Positions 21,100 through 34,360 of a DNA stretch of 64,000 bases are shown here, one piece after another; within the stretch, counting starts at the first letter, position 1; each line of letters begins with the position of its first letter. The position numbers and the translations under genes are program-made. The stretch is from Oikopleura dioica (Eukaryota > Animalia > Chordata), in contig OU015566.1 in NCBI GenBank assembly GCA_907165135.1, forward strand, positions 9,920,001-9,984,000. The letters run 5' to 3'. Under the pieces are notes generated by a model. The model was not told the origin of the DNA and made no database searches. It saw nothing but the letters and a program-made list of their open reading frames with translations.

Positions 21100-24000
21100 C
21101 TAGGATTCTTGGCTGATGACAGACTGGGGAACGGGAGTAAGAGCATTTTGATCCTCCTTTGGGAGGTCTGTTTGCTGTTCTTCGGGAGCAGGAGGAGCTT
21201 GTTCGAGAGGAGGGTTGGTTGCTTCTGGCTGTTGCTGCTGTTTGGGGATTTCGGGCGAAGAGGTTTCTTCCTGCATCTGAATTGGTGGAGCCTCTTGATA
21301 GGTGATTGTTGGCATGTGCTGTTCTGAAACGACTGGTGGGACTTGGTGCTCTTCATGGGCCAGATGATCTTCCTGGTGCGCGTAGAGCTGGCCCCACTTT
21401 TGCTCGTGAAGAACATCTCCGTTGGGCTGGCTGATCAAGGGCTGCATGACGACCCCTTGCTGGGTGTACTGAGCAGGAGCGGATCGCCACATTGCATTTT
21501 GCTGGTGCTCGGTAGTCATGACGTAGACATAGCCAGTGTTTGGATCGTGAAATTGACCAGTTACTAAAAAAGCGTTTGAAATTCAAAATCTTGGAAGACA
21601 AGGATCAATGTATTTTATGACGTCTTTCATGATTGCGCGCTTCTTCCCCGATCCCGGCGTTTGATCTTTACAAGAACTTCAGAAAGGCAGTGATTAGTGA
21701 CTAAGTCCCAAAATGTAAATCACGTGTACCAGCGACACACTAATGGAACAAGGGTTTATTCTTGACGCGCGATCGTAAAACGACATAGCCCGGGCTATAA
21801 CCATGAATTTTATAATTATTACTGCCTCCAAAGAAGAGATAATCAAAATTTGGACAGCAGCTAAGCGCCAAAGGTCATCGAGGAAATAATGATGATCGCG
21901 CAATTTCACCGGATTGAGCAAGTTTTTACGATTTTCTGACAAGAGGTCGGGACAAGGTGTCAATTTTCTATCAGGAATAAGGTGGACACTGGCTGATCCC
22001 TAATTTAGACAGGTTTATGGCTCTCAACGGGTGGGGAGCCAGGCGCGCCTTGCGGAAGAGGAAAGTGACGCGCGAGTACCTAGCTTTCCATCACTTTTGG
22101 CAGCTCTGATATTTTTAAGCTACGGGCGGGGAAAGCACGGTGACGGGTATCTACAGTGTAAAAATGAACCCGAACTCACCATTGTTAGAAACTTGAACAG
22201 CAGGTTGAATATCCACAACATCCATCGCCTCACTGGTTTGTCCGATTTCATCTTGGTAGTTTTCTCCGTCCATCGTAGAAGGGCTATTTCCATGTTCCAT
22301 TTGCTCAGCAGAATCCATCTGGTGACGATCCCGAGTTCTCGGAGAATGTCCTCGTTGACGCAGTCGCTTTTCTTTCATTCTCCTGTTCTGGAACCATATT
22401 TTAACTTGACGATCTGTTAAGGTCAGGCGGCGGCTGATTTCCTGTCGCTGTTCTCGAGTTACGAACTCGGTTCGACGGAATTCGGTTTCGAGCTCTTGGA
22501 TTTGAAGTTTTGTGTAAGGTCGTCGTTTCTGTTTAAAAAAAAGTTAGAGATCTTTTTGAGCGATGTATCATTACCTTTCGTCCTACTCTTGGTGTGCCAG
22601 TTTCTTCCATGTCTTCCATGGTCGAGTTCGGATTCGGACTCATGAATCGTCCAGCGTTATCAATGCTTTTCGGAGCTCCCTCGCTACCATCAGACTTTGT
22701 GATGATACCGATGTTGGTCGCACTCGCTTGACTGGTGGCAGAAACTCGAGGAGTTTGAATATCTTGACTGATGTTTTCCGTCTTCACGGAAATTGGCGAG
22801 ACTCGCTGTTGCTCTTCATAGGTAGTTTGCGGGACATAGACGTATCCACCGTTGTTATAAACATTTGGAGCATCGTAGAGGGCCAAGGTACTGTGGCCTT
22901 CCTAAATAAGACCGTAAACAAGAGGAAAAAGAAGGAGATAAGGTTAGTACCGTGTGTTTAGAAGCTGTAGAATGTGCAGTAGCATTGTTTTGATTTCGGT
23001 CTGGGCGGCTGTACGGCAAGAAGTAACGGTCAAAATTCTAAAGACGAATTTTAGACCAATGCAAATGGTTAGGAGGTGATTTTTTTACAGTTAAAGATTT
23101 CCGTTTCATCTTTCCGCCCTAAATTGCCTTCTTGGGAAAAAGTGCGTTTTACGAAGACCGTGAAATACGGTAGCGGTGCGTCTTAAAACCGGATGGTTAT
23201 AAAAACCTGTGGCCGGATTCTAGCGCGTCTAATAAAACTTATAAAAGTTTCTCTAAAGCTTTCAGCGCAAATTGGAGAGAGAAACCGATGGGTATTGTAA
23301 ATCGTAAAAAATGCGTAGCTTGATCAAGGGCAGATTCGAGATAAGCCGATTTTATGATTGATAAGACATAATATCCGGCCGAGTCCGACTCACGACAAGC
23401 CTCAGTAAATTTAAGGGGGAGGTCGTCGAGAAATTTTTTTTCACCTTTTTAAAATTTTGATTATATTTTTGGATTCCTCGATAAAAAAGGAGTATTTTTG
23501 GTCCCTAGCTTTTTCTCAATTTGTTAACTTTTTAATGTAAAATTTTCGATTTTAAGTCCCGAAACTGAAATTTCTTGAAAATAATTGGTTGGTGATTTCG
23601 TCCAAAAACTATCTGAAACTGATTATCATGCACAAGGCATTGTTTTAAAATGATTTCTGACTAATCATTTAAAAAAAAATCCGAGTCTTTGTGATTTTCG
23701 CACAAATTTCCATGAAAAATCGGCAAAAATGTATATTTTGACGAAAATCGAATATTTTTAATCAATAAGAAAAATTTTTTTATGAAAGTACTCCTTAATT
23801 TTTTGATCGCCGGTTAATTTTTAAGGGTCTAAACTATTTATAAATTATATTTGATGAAGAAAAAAAAACTCGGTTTTCGAGATTTTTTGGTCAAGAGACA
23901 CCCCCACTTCAACCCTAATTTTTGAAAAATTTTTCAAAATTTTTTTTTTTTTGCTTTTCGCCGGTTAATTTTTCAAACCCTTTTCTTTCAATCCGAAAAG

Positions 24001-25471
24001 TCAGAATTTTCCTATCTAATCGGGTTTCTCCGCATTTTTGGTCACGGAAATCCCGATTCTCGTCGACCTCCCCCTTAAAATTAACCGGCGATCACAAAAT
24101 TAGGGGTAACTTTCATAAAAATTTTTTTCTTATTGATTAAAAATATTCGATTTTCGTCAAAATCGACATTTTTAGCCATTTTTTCATGGAAATTTCTACA
24201 AAAATTACAAAGACTAGGATTTTTTAAGAATAATTAGTCAGAAATCATTTTAAAACAATCCTTAGTGCATAATAATCAGTTTCAGATAGTTTTTGGACGA
24301 AATCACCAACTAATAATTTTCAAGAAATTTCAAGTTCGAGACTTAAAATCGAAAATTTCACATTAAAAAGTTAACAAATTGAGAAAAAGCTAGAGACCAA
24401 AAATACTCCTTTTTTATCGAGGAATCCAAAAATATAATCAAAATTTTGAAAAGGCGTAAAAAATTTCTCGACGACCTCCCCCTTAAGTAAGAGGACAGGG
24501 TAAGCTTTTCGCGGACAGGATAAACCCTGTTCTACCAGAAATATTCATTTCGACGTTTCCTATGAGAATCGGTAACCCAGAGGTTTAGCAATAAATAATT
24601 CTGACTTTTGGGCAGATCAACGCAGCAATTATTCCCTTTGGTGATTGTTTAGCAATTAGTGAGCCGCGTACAGTGCAGGGAGTGCTCTGACTAGTCTTTT
24701 GTGTCTGTGCGCGGATATGATTCGTTGAACTCTAGAATTTTTTTGTCAAACTTACCGCATCTTGGTGAGTATATTCAACTCCTTCAGCAGATGTGAACTC
24801 TACAGCGGTTGGGCGATCGACGGGCTGGAGCGTCACATATCCACCGTTTTCTGTGTCGTACTGTAAAAACATGATTATTTCAGGCAAGTTCTCTGCAAAT
24901 TTGGCAATTTTCGAATCAAGCTTTGATTTTAAAATTCACTCGAATCTTGAAAATCAAGAAAAATTGCATCGGAAAATGCCGGTTGACAAATTTCGCATCT
25001 CGAAATCAAGGAAGACTACAAGTTTTCTTACACTCACATATCGTCCATTGGAATTCACAAAGCCGATGCTCGGGAAGACGGTAGACTGGATCGCAGACGG
25101 GGCCTGGTGCGCTTCTGTTTGAATGCTCTGTCCTGAAGAAAAACTCTTTAGTTCTGGTGTTCATTGCCTCTTTTTTCCTCTGGCTGTGAATGAGGCTCTT
25201 TTGATCTGTAAAGCGTTTTTCCAAGTTATTTTTTTATGATTTTGATGATCGTAAAGCTCATAAATTTACAAACGATAAAAATTGCGATAAAAATATCCGT
25301 AAATATCTTCAACGACTTTGAGCACGGCTCACAAGCTCGCTATCTACCTGTTTGCATGTGATTCCCTTGGAGAGAGTAATGCGATGCATAAACTCGCTCG
25401 TCGTAGCCGCCCGTGACCGGGGTATGGCCTCCCCCAGCGTTGGGGTACTGGGCGATCTGGGGCGAATCCAT
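21100..25471 (-). CDS. Hox12: Posterior (Abd-B class) Hox homeodomain protein, most Hox12-like; the 3' end is either stop 22151 or a spliced extension to 21100
   Basis: Homeodomain GRK|[56 protein letters not shown] (exon starts 22528). Upstream exons join in frame from ATG 25471. The paralogue-group call (12 vs 11) is tentative, based on QIxELE.EF, EF at positions 21-22, and KRL. Confidence 0.85.
23415..24482. mobile_element. Fold-back non-autonomous DNA transposon, ~410-bp TIRs, TTAA TSD, GGGGGAGGTCG termini (Kolobok-like), with an internal TTAA-bounded ~250-bp piece
   Basis: ttaa|GGGGGAGGTCGTCGAGAAA (23411-) and TTTCTCGACGACCTCCCCC|ttaa (-24486). The arms 23411-23827 and 24070-24486 are near reverse complements. 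Inner TTAA at 23821-23824 and 24075-24078. Confidence 0.88.
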
Positions 25472-27659
25472 GGTAAGGAACGAAATCGTGGAGGGTGTTC
25501 TATCTCTAGGCTCTGGAATGATGGGTGTTGCCTCGGAGGGAGGACTTAGGTTGAACGAAAAATGATTGGAAAGCGGCGAGAATGCGTTCAAAAGTCGAGA
25601 GCCGTCGGCGGGACGCCGGCCGACAGGGGGCGCCACCGTCCGGTAGCCCTTCGATCCTGGGACCAATCCAGAGGACGCATCTAGCTCCCTCCCTTTCGGC
25701 AGCATCAAAAACCGATAGCACTGATAAGGGCCTCTCTATGTTAATCAATCTACGCAAGGGCAATATAATTAGGGCACACGTGATAATACGCAGGGATAAT
25801 TGCCCTACTAGTAGTAAATATCAGACGTCGTAAGAAACGGATTTCCCTTTTGAATACCAAAGTAGTAAATTCGCACAAAGGTTGTAAATGTATTTTTATC
25901 TCGAAATGGGCGTTTGATGAGGGGATGAAGTCTAGGTCATTGTTGGTCAGAGTCTGCCAAGAAGAAAAAGAAGCCATAAGTGTAATATTTTTCTTTACCA
26001 TTTATATAAAATGAATACCAACAGAAATGGATTATTTTATAGATCAAAAAAATAATGTAGAGAACTCGGTGATCTTATCGTTTTAAGCTTTCTTATCCCT
26101 CATATTTTGGGTTTTCTTGGGTAAAAAGTTTTTACTAAAAATTGAGGCAGAAGGAAGAAGAAGATCAAAGAATTCCCTCCTTCCTGATGATAGACAGTCG
26201 CGACTGACACCTAAGTTTTGAAAGCCATGTTAAAGATTAAAACCGTAAATTATCCCTTCTGAGAAGATCCGCCAAAGATCATGCTTTTATGATCCGCCAA
26301 GTTGGCTTAACTTTTATGATTTCAAAAGGGTAACAGTGATTATATAATAACGCACAGCCTGGCGACTTATTTATAAATTCTAGCGCTTCCGCAGAGGAAA
26401 TAATTGATCAAGAAGTTGATTCAAGCAGACTCTATCAAGCAGAATAAGGAATTAATTCTGGATTGGCGTGGCTCCGTCTTGGGCGTTTGTCAAAAATTCA
26501 ACCGTCGATTGATCAAAATTTCGTGGCCCAGCGAAAAGAAGTAGACTTAGACGAGAATAGAAAGATGTATGAGGCTGAGATAAGCCCGAAAGATCAAAAT
26601 ATATTCCCAGCTGAGCTTCAAGGGCAAAATTAACCGAATATGAAGACCGGAAACAAGTCCGATCAGAAGAAGGAAAGGACAATAAAAACTGGTGGAAAAT
26701 TATGATGGAGATCATAAATTCCAAATACGGTGCAATCCGACCGCAATAAATCAGGCTCATTATCATTTACTCCGGGGCTAGAATTTTCTCAGGCAAAAGA
26801 CGAGCTTCTATTTTAAAAAATGAGGAAGACACTTCAGCTAACCTCTTTCATTTGTTATGAAACTTCATTCATTGCAGAGTTTTTAGTCTAAATCTGAGAC
26901 GATCAAGCTTTTCGAATGCAAAATCTGAGCAAGGAGGCTATGAATAACTTCTTAGCCACATGTTATTCGGCCCGTTTCTTGACAGGCGGGGAACCACTGG
27001 CTCAGAAAAGTTAACCTTTTGCGAGCAGTTTTCATTTTTTTCGTGAGCGCGCGCGTTGCCGATTTTTACGAGTTTTTCACTACTTCGTAAGTAGCTCATC
27101 CGATGCCGCTCGTAAATCTCCGTCGGTAGCACAACGCGATGCGCAGAAAAAGTCGAAAATAACTCGCCCCTTCACCAGCTCCCAAGCACAGGTGCACCTG
27201 ATTTAATGACTACCTACCTCTAGGTTTATGAATCTCATTTTTTCGCCAAGCTACGAAATCCACTCGATGACTAGTAGTATCTTCTACAAAATTCCTAAAG
27301 TCTCTATCTTCTGAATCTCTCGACGAAAAAGCAAAATTATCCTGAGCTGCGACATGATGAAAAATGAGGAGAGTGTGGAGCTGGGTGTTTTATGGTTTAT
27401 GATCTTGCTGGTAATTATATTCTCGGATTTTTATTTCGCCATTGTCTAGGGCAGATTTACGGCCGTAAAATGTTGCATTTAAAGGCAAGATTTAAGATAT
27501 CCTATCTTTCGGATCGATGGAGAAAAGAGATTCAAGTAGAAAGGTGTTAAAAAGAGACTAGCAGATTTTATACTTGAAAATTATGAACATTTATATTTCT
27601 GAATGACCATCATTTAGATTTTCTCACGCAAAAAGCTCAAGATGCGGCAAATCATGAAT

Positions 27660-28260
27660 TACGGCAAGGAGTTTTTCCGGCTATGCATCCCTTGCCGCAA
27701 TTGACACTTTGACGAAATTCAATGATAGATTTTACGTCTACCGATTTATGTCTAGCTAGCTTCATTTACCTATTTTGAGATCAACAAGAAATCCAGTCCG
27801 GCTTATCATCACTGCCATATCTTCTGACTCCTGTTCTTCCAAATTATCCTCGTCCTCAATCTTCTTCGATTCCCTCTTGTTCGAGTCGTGGAACTCTTCT
27901 TTGAACCCCGTAATTTTGTCTTTGTATTCTAGTAGCTCAGGCGCGAGCTTCAAAAGGGAGCAATAAAAATATTCGATTGTATCTGTTTTTCTTTATTTAT
28001 TTCTGAATGGGTAGCTAGATGATCTGGTGAGGGAGACGCTAAGTAAACCGTGTCTTGGTCTCTGGCCTTGGTTTGGCTCTTTTTCGGTTGACTGGCGCTT
28101 TATTTACAGTTACTCATCTATAACAGGCCGCTATAAATTGTTCTTAAAATTCAACAATCGGCCAATTTTCAAGATTTTCAATAAAGACCAGAAGAATAGA
28201 GCCTCGGATTTAGCCCATTGCTACTCCTCACCCACCGTGTCCGATTTTTTCAAGGCCATT
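27660..28260 (-). CDS. Possible small acidic multi-exon gene (low confidence)
   Basis: Open charged exon LAPELLEYKDKITGFKEEFHDSNKRESKKIEDEDNLEEQ ends at an AG|GTAAAT donor (~27768). Adjacent exons can be joined but no homology was recognised. Confidence 0.3.
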
Positions 28261-29632
28261 ATTATACAAAACCATCGCGAAAAATTGCGCCCTAGAAAAT
28301 TTGATGCGACTCAAAATAGAGCTCCTTTGTCTCGGTAAAATCCTCGGAAGACGGGGATCTCACGGAAAACTGCTTTCTCGACGGAATATTACGCTGCTTT
28401 CATTCGTATAAGTACAGTTGCTTTCACACGATTTTCAAGTGTCTTGTAGATTGAGGAAGATAGAAAGTTTTCCTTACCCTGCTTCAACAGATTCACTTCC
28501 TCTGAATCAAATGATGAAAATTATGACAGATCTACCCACAATATTCTAAAAACTAGCCACTTATTCCCGCCAATGTCAAATGTTTCAGTCTAGCCGAACA
28601 AAACGTTCCCACGTCATTATTATGTGCCCATCTTTCAGAGTCATGAGGCCATGAAAGCGCCGAAAAAGTTTAAATCCTCCCCAGAAACCGTAAAAATATT
28701 TTATAGCCTCAACATATAAGACCTGGGTGGATCGTTTCAGACACACGTTAAATTGAGATCTACCGTTTTTTTGACTTCTTTTTTTTTTTAAATGAATCGA
28801 TATTTAAATCTCATTCCATGCTTTCCGAACTCGTCTTGTGACTGAAATCAAATAAATGAAAATACAGTAATAAACAAAATTCCTATATTTTTACTATCGA
28901 TTGTGTATTCGAAAAAAAGAGAAAGAAGGATTCAAGAGTAAAATCGCAAATCAAGATCTCAATCTTGATCTCCTAATTTCCCCTCTTAGATCTTCCCATT
29001 TTACAAATAGCTGTTTACGTTACAGTCATTTTTACTAGAAGTTTTATGATAGTTGCTTGGATCCGCTTGATCAGACCAAAGAAGACGCGAAGCCGCCCGT
29101 TTTTCCGCTCTGGTCTTTCCAGAGCTCGGGCGAGGAGACCCGCCGCCGCGCGATGTCTAATGACCCCCCAATAAAGAGAGAAGATTGTGGCACTTTAATT
29201 AATTGCAGTTTCCGATGCTAAGGTGCTCGTAAAAACGGCCACCATTCCCATCCATTTCAATAAGAACGCTCTTTCATCATAATACAGGAATTTCAACTGA
29301 TGAAGTGCATATTTACCGATTCAAAAGGGAAATTAATCGTATCTGCTTCCGAAGATTTCGCTCTTGAATCACTGAGAATTTGAATATAAAAAATATTTTA
29401 TATTAAATTTGAAGCATCTATTTCTTGTCCACGTGAGAAAGCGGGCAGTGCTTATTCCATTTTGAAAGAAAAATTACCAGTACTGCTCATTATTAATCAG
29501 GTACTTGCTGGGCTTGAAAGAAACCAGAGTTTTTCCTTGAAGCCCAACTCAGTCTGAATATTTAACACGCAAATTCTCAAATGCACTGACCGCACTACTC
29601 ACTATCTATTTTCGAAGCACTGCTCAATTTCA

Positions 29633-32600
29633 ATGGTATTATGGCAAACTACTTGTAGAGTCTTGATATTTTTTCACTGCGTTTTTGCATTTCGGCCTGA
29701 TATACTGGTAGAGAAGGGAAACTATTCCAACTTTCACGTCGTCATCGATGAGGATGTCAAAGTCGATACATGTATGCTTATTTAGTCATTAATTCTTAGG
29801 AAATTTTTTTTCTAGCGTTTTACAATTCGCTGAAACAGTTCACCCAGCAATTCGCTACGGCTCTGTATGAAAGCACAGACAGGCAAATTCGCCTAACAGA
29901 GATCTTCCTGGAATATCCAAAGCAAAATCCACCGACTGAATTTCTCGACCCTAAGGTTACCCAGCTACCTGACCGATATCTCGTGCCGATTAGAATTGTC
30001 GATTCTGAGCGAGAAATTTGCGAAGCAAAGAAACCCACTCCCTGCGAAATTCCCGGCGACCAAATTATTATTTCGGAGAAATTTATTCGAAACTATAAGA
30101 TCACCGAGCTAAAAACAGAAGATGGCGCAAAGAATTATCATCAATGGAGGATGATTAAGATTCTGCAAGAATGGGCGAAGTTTAAATGGGGAGTTTTTGA
30201 CGAGCGCCCGATTTATAATAAAACTTCATACTTTGACAGATTTTACGAAGAGAAAAACACACAATGTACTGAATCAAATCCAACGATTATGTACTCCTCT
30301 AATGAGGTTTATTTTCCAAGTCGTAAGAAGAACACCGTCTCATTTTGTACGGACGAAGATCACGTGTCCATAGCGCCAACTTCCCAGAATATGTTCTGCG
30401 ATCGTAAATCAACTTGGCAAATCCTCAAGAACCAACCCGATTTTGCACAAAAGCTCGACGATGATCAGCTGAAAAAGCTGACGATCCAACCAGTCATCAG
30501 AGCTTCAAGAAAAATCGTCATTGTTTTCAATGCAATGCCTTTGAATGGAGATTCTGGCGAAATTTTTGCACAAATTTTGAGTTTTATTCGGGTGCTTATT
30601 TTTATCGCTAAGAATGATGACTTCAGAATTGGACTTATTGCTATGAGAGGCGATGGATTGAAGTCGTGGCCTAGCGGAAGATATACCGATCTTCAGGTAG
30701 AGATTAATTATTCTTCTGGATGACTTTCTTTTGATAGAAAATTGACGAGCGCAAGATGCAAGAGATTCATGAATGGCTGCCGCTTGAAGTCGCTCCCTAT
30801 TCATCGAAGTCCGACATTCTACTTGAAAATGCAACTAACGATGCTATTGACCAAATCACTTCCTCGTTCGACGATACAATAAGAAATGAAGACACGCGCG
30901 GCGAGGTGATCATTCTGGACCACGCAGAGCCTGGCGTTCGCTTTTCCTCCGTGATGAGTGCAATTGAGCCGATGGTGGTGAACGGATTGATTCAAATACA
31001 TAGAGTCGTCTTCGGAAGTGGGAAAAGACTGGGCGACGATTGGTATACCAACATGGTCCAACTTTCAGGCGGGAAAGAGCTTGTTCTTCCGACGAAGCGA
31101 AGTATCAAAGAAAACAAGATTTCAGCGCTAGAATTTGCCGTCGATCTGGCAAATGATAAGTCTCGTAGCGCGATGAACATCCCCTTCATCTCCAATGAAG
31201 GGCAGAAATACAAATTCTCTCTATCGACACCCAGATCGGTCTATTTAGTCGTTGGCTTCTCTCTCAAAGATTCCGATGGTTTCGTCAGATCGATGCCGAG
31301 GGAAGAACTTATGAATGCATTTACAATCATGCGAGAACGACTCATTACGCAAATCATTATTCGGAACGATGTTGGATGGGAAAGAATGCTTCTCCATGAA
31401 CCAAGTGAAATCTTCGCTGGATACGTTACCAAAGAGTTTCAGCTAGAAATTGGTGACTACGAAGTTGACGTTTCTAAATCCGCATTATACCTGGAAAACA
31501 ATTTTATTGAACGTCTTCTAGTGGATTGTAAGATCATTGCCAAATCATCATCATCGGATCCAGTGGTCAAGCTGATCACCCATCGTTTATCTGACAATCG
31601 AGTCTTCATGACCGCATCATTCGCGAATATCCAGCCACTAAAGGTCGTTGCAGAGATTTTTTCCAATCAAGTCAATGCGTCCTATCTATATCGAGAAGAA
31701 ATACAGCTCCTCGACGATGGAAAAATCTCTGATTTGTATAAAAACGATACCTGGTTCACGGCAACTGCTGAGCCCTTCCCCTGTCCGAATGTTATCCAGC
31801 GTCCATCAAGATACGGACTCGAGATAAAGTGTACAACAGGACTGATAATAAAGCTGACGGCAGAATCAGAGAACGAAAAGATAGAAAAGCACAGTACTCT
31901 TTCTTTACAAGACGTGAAGCCTGACTGTAAAGGATTTGTAATTGAAAGACAATGCTTACAATTCACAAAACAGCGGATGAAGTTTGCTTATCCAGGGGCA
32001 AAATGTGGCTATGGCAGATATTTAACATACAATGAAGCTTTTCGACTCCCATCAACTGCATTTGGAGCCAATGGAAATAGAATATGGCTTGAGAAAGAAG
32101 GAAGTCAATGCTTTATTCTCAGCTCAAATGAACCAAGAAAAGCTGACTGCGACGAAATCGCCGATGGTTTCTATTGTGTAACACCACTTTCATCTAGTTT
32201 CGCTCTTGGTCACGTGCGAGGAGTTCGAGTACAAGAGAACGAAGACGAATATCAAGTATCTTGGGAGCACTCGGAGGATGCGACTACAAGAATGAGCTAC
32301 AAGATTTTGCATGTTTATTCACAAGATTTCGCTGACACAAGAAAGCGGGTCAATTTTTTTCCTTTGACGCAAGTTCAGGCCACTTTTTGATCCGCTTGTA
32401 GTATTCTAGTGAAGACAAGATTAAACAAGGTGGAAATCAAGAAAACGAACGATGAAATGATCTGCCCGCCGCATGCACCACTCAATATTCTTTTTGACCT
32501 CGAAGAAATCGACTATAATCATGTGATTGACATCAAAACGCACCTTCTATTATTCCGCGAAAAATATTTCAATGCTCAAGAAAGAAACAACATCCTCCGA

Positions 32601-34245
32601 GTTCGACAACGGTCGCTTCTAGCTGATGATGAACCTAATGATCTGCAGTTTCATTTTCACATCGATTCCATTCCCAAAAAGGATATTTACAGGAGAAATT
32701 TTCTGGTTCAGCTAAAGCTTGGCGAAAAATCAACGAAATACACAGAGGAAGAAGTTTTTAGCAGAAAAGGAATTCAGTTTTCTGGTTCAACAGAAATAAC
32801 GCTGAATGTTTCGTTCGAACAAAGATCGAAGAACAACTTTGTCGTGAAAAATTTCGAAGAAAATCACAAAGGACTTATTCATTTCATATGCTCTTTGGTC
32901 AACACAAGTACCTGGCACATAGCGATCCAAGCTGAAGATCACAACAATAATGTCTCCCCGTATTCCCTCGGTCATTTCATAGAGATGGATCTTTTGAAGG
33001 TTGAAATTCCATCTGAAGAGCAACTCACTCACCTCGACGTGAAACCCGGAAGAGGAGGATTCAAACAAATTGTTGCTGTTCTCGTTAATTTCACGACAAC
33101 GACTGTTGGCATTGCAATTATTGGGTCTCTTAGTGGACTTTTGTTTTTAATAGGATGCATCAAGTGCATAAGATTTTGCTGTTGCACTGCTCCCAAGGTA
33201 TAAACTACTAATTTTTGATAGAGAATGCGAAATTATTTTTAGAATAAGAAGCCAGGAAAGCAATCAGAAATGTCCAAAGACTCCGAAGAATCAGCAAGTG
33301 GCTCTGACAGAAGATCACATAAATTTGTAGCCAGTAAAAGAGAAGTGTCAGCAAAAGCGCGAAAGGCTCATTCTAAGAAGAACAAATTTGTAGAAAAGAT
33401 GGAGACCCTGACTGAAACCGTTCGAAACAATTCCACAATCTCCAAGTTTCGTGCAGCAGCCCGTAAGGAACACAAAAGATGGCGCATATTAATAATTTTT
33501 TTATAGAACGAAACATCAATCATAATGCCATCAAGCGACTGATAAGTGCTAAGGCGGAGGCTAGAAACAAGTTCAAAGGAGCCTTTTCAAATGTGCGAAT
33601 TAATAATTTGTAAGTGTTAATTATTGTTAATGAGAAAGCGGTATTTTAACGGCCAATATAAAATGACCTATTTTTAGCGCGCAAAGTTTTACTAGCAAAC
33701 TCAGACGATCAAAATCAAGGGCAGATTTCAAGTCGGCGACGGAGAAACTTGGCATCGTTGCAAAGTGGGAAAAGCTAGGCGTGATGCAGACAAATCAGCG
33801 AAAGCGTCGGGAGAAACGCGAAGCCAGGGAAGAAAAACGACGGAAGAAAGAAGAACGGGACAGAAAGAAAAAGGAAGAAAAGGATAGATCGAATAGAAGG
33901 AATCGCCATCTCCCGAATAATGTCGTTATGCCGATGGATTCAGCATTTTACGAAAACGAGATTGATTCTATTGGGAAAATCCCAAATTTGGATAATATGA
34001 TTATGGATGAATACGGAAATATCTTCGAATCGAAGCCGGGAGTTTCTTATTATGAAGACGAATTTGGAAATATTTACGAGCAAGAAGTTAAAGTAAAAAT
34101 CCAAGCTAAACAAGCTTATTTAATTTATATTCAGATCGTCCCAGATGATCCACAAAAATCAGCGAGAAAGGAGGCATTAAAATCAACAGCTTCAGGGAAA
34201 TCAAGAGGAAAAAGAAGAAAAAAGCGTCGCAAACATCATCATTAA
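29633..34245 (+). CDS. CLCA-like (calcium-activated chloride channel regulator-like) type I membrane protein: degenerate M87-type peptidase domain, vWA-like, lectin-like/FN3-like modules, TM, basic tail
   Basis: Signal peptide. GNYSNFHVVIDEDV...ALYESTDRQIRL, QEWAKFKWGVFDE and APTSQNMFCDRKSTWQIL match CLCA N-terminal motifs. TM GIAIIGSLSGLLFLIGCI. ORFs 29983-30723, 30756-32390, 32409-33203 and 33781-34245 are linked by GT-AG introns. Confidence 0.85.
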
Positions 34246-34360
34246 AATGAATCTCTTGTATCTTTTGTATTTTTGCCATCAACAGCATATATAAAATGTG
34301 AATAAACTCATAAAAGATTTTTTATACACGCAGTTGATTTTTGCAGCGTAGAAAAGAGTA

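Noticed and set aside
21694-21963. 89-aa minus-strand ORF
   Set aside because: No recognisable domain or consistent splice partners; probably intronic/UTR to the Hox extension.
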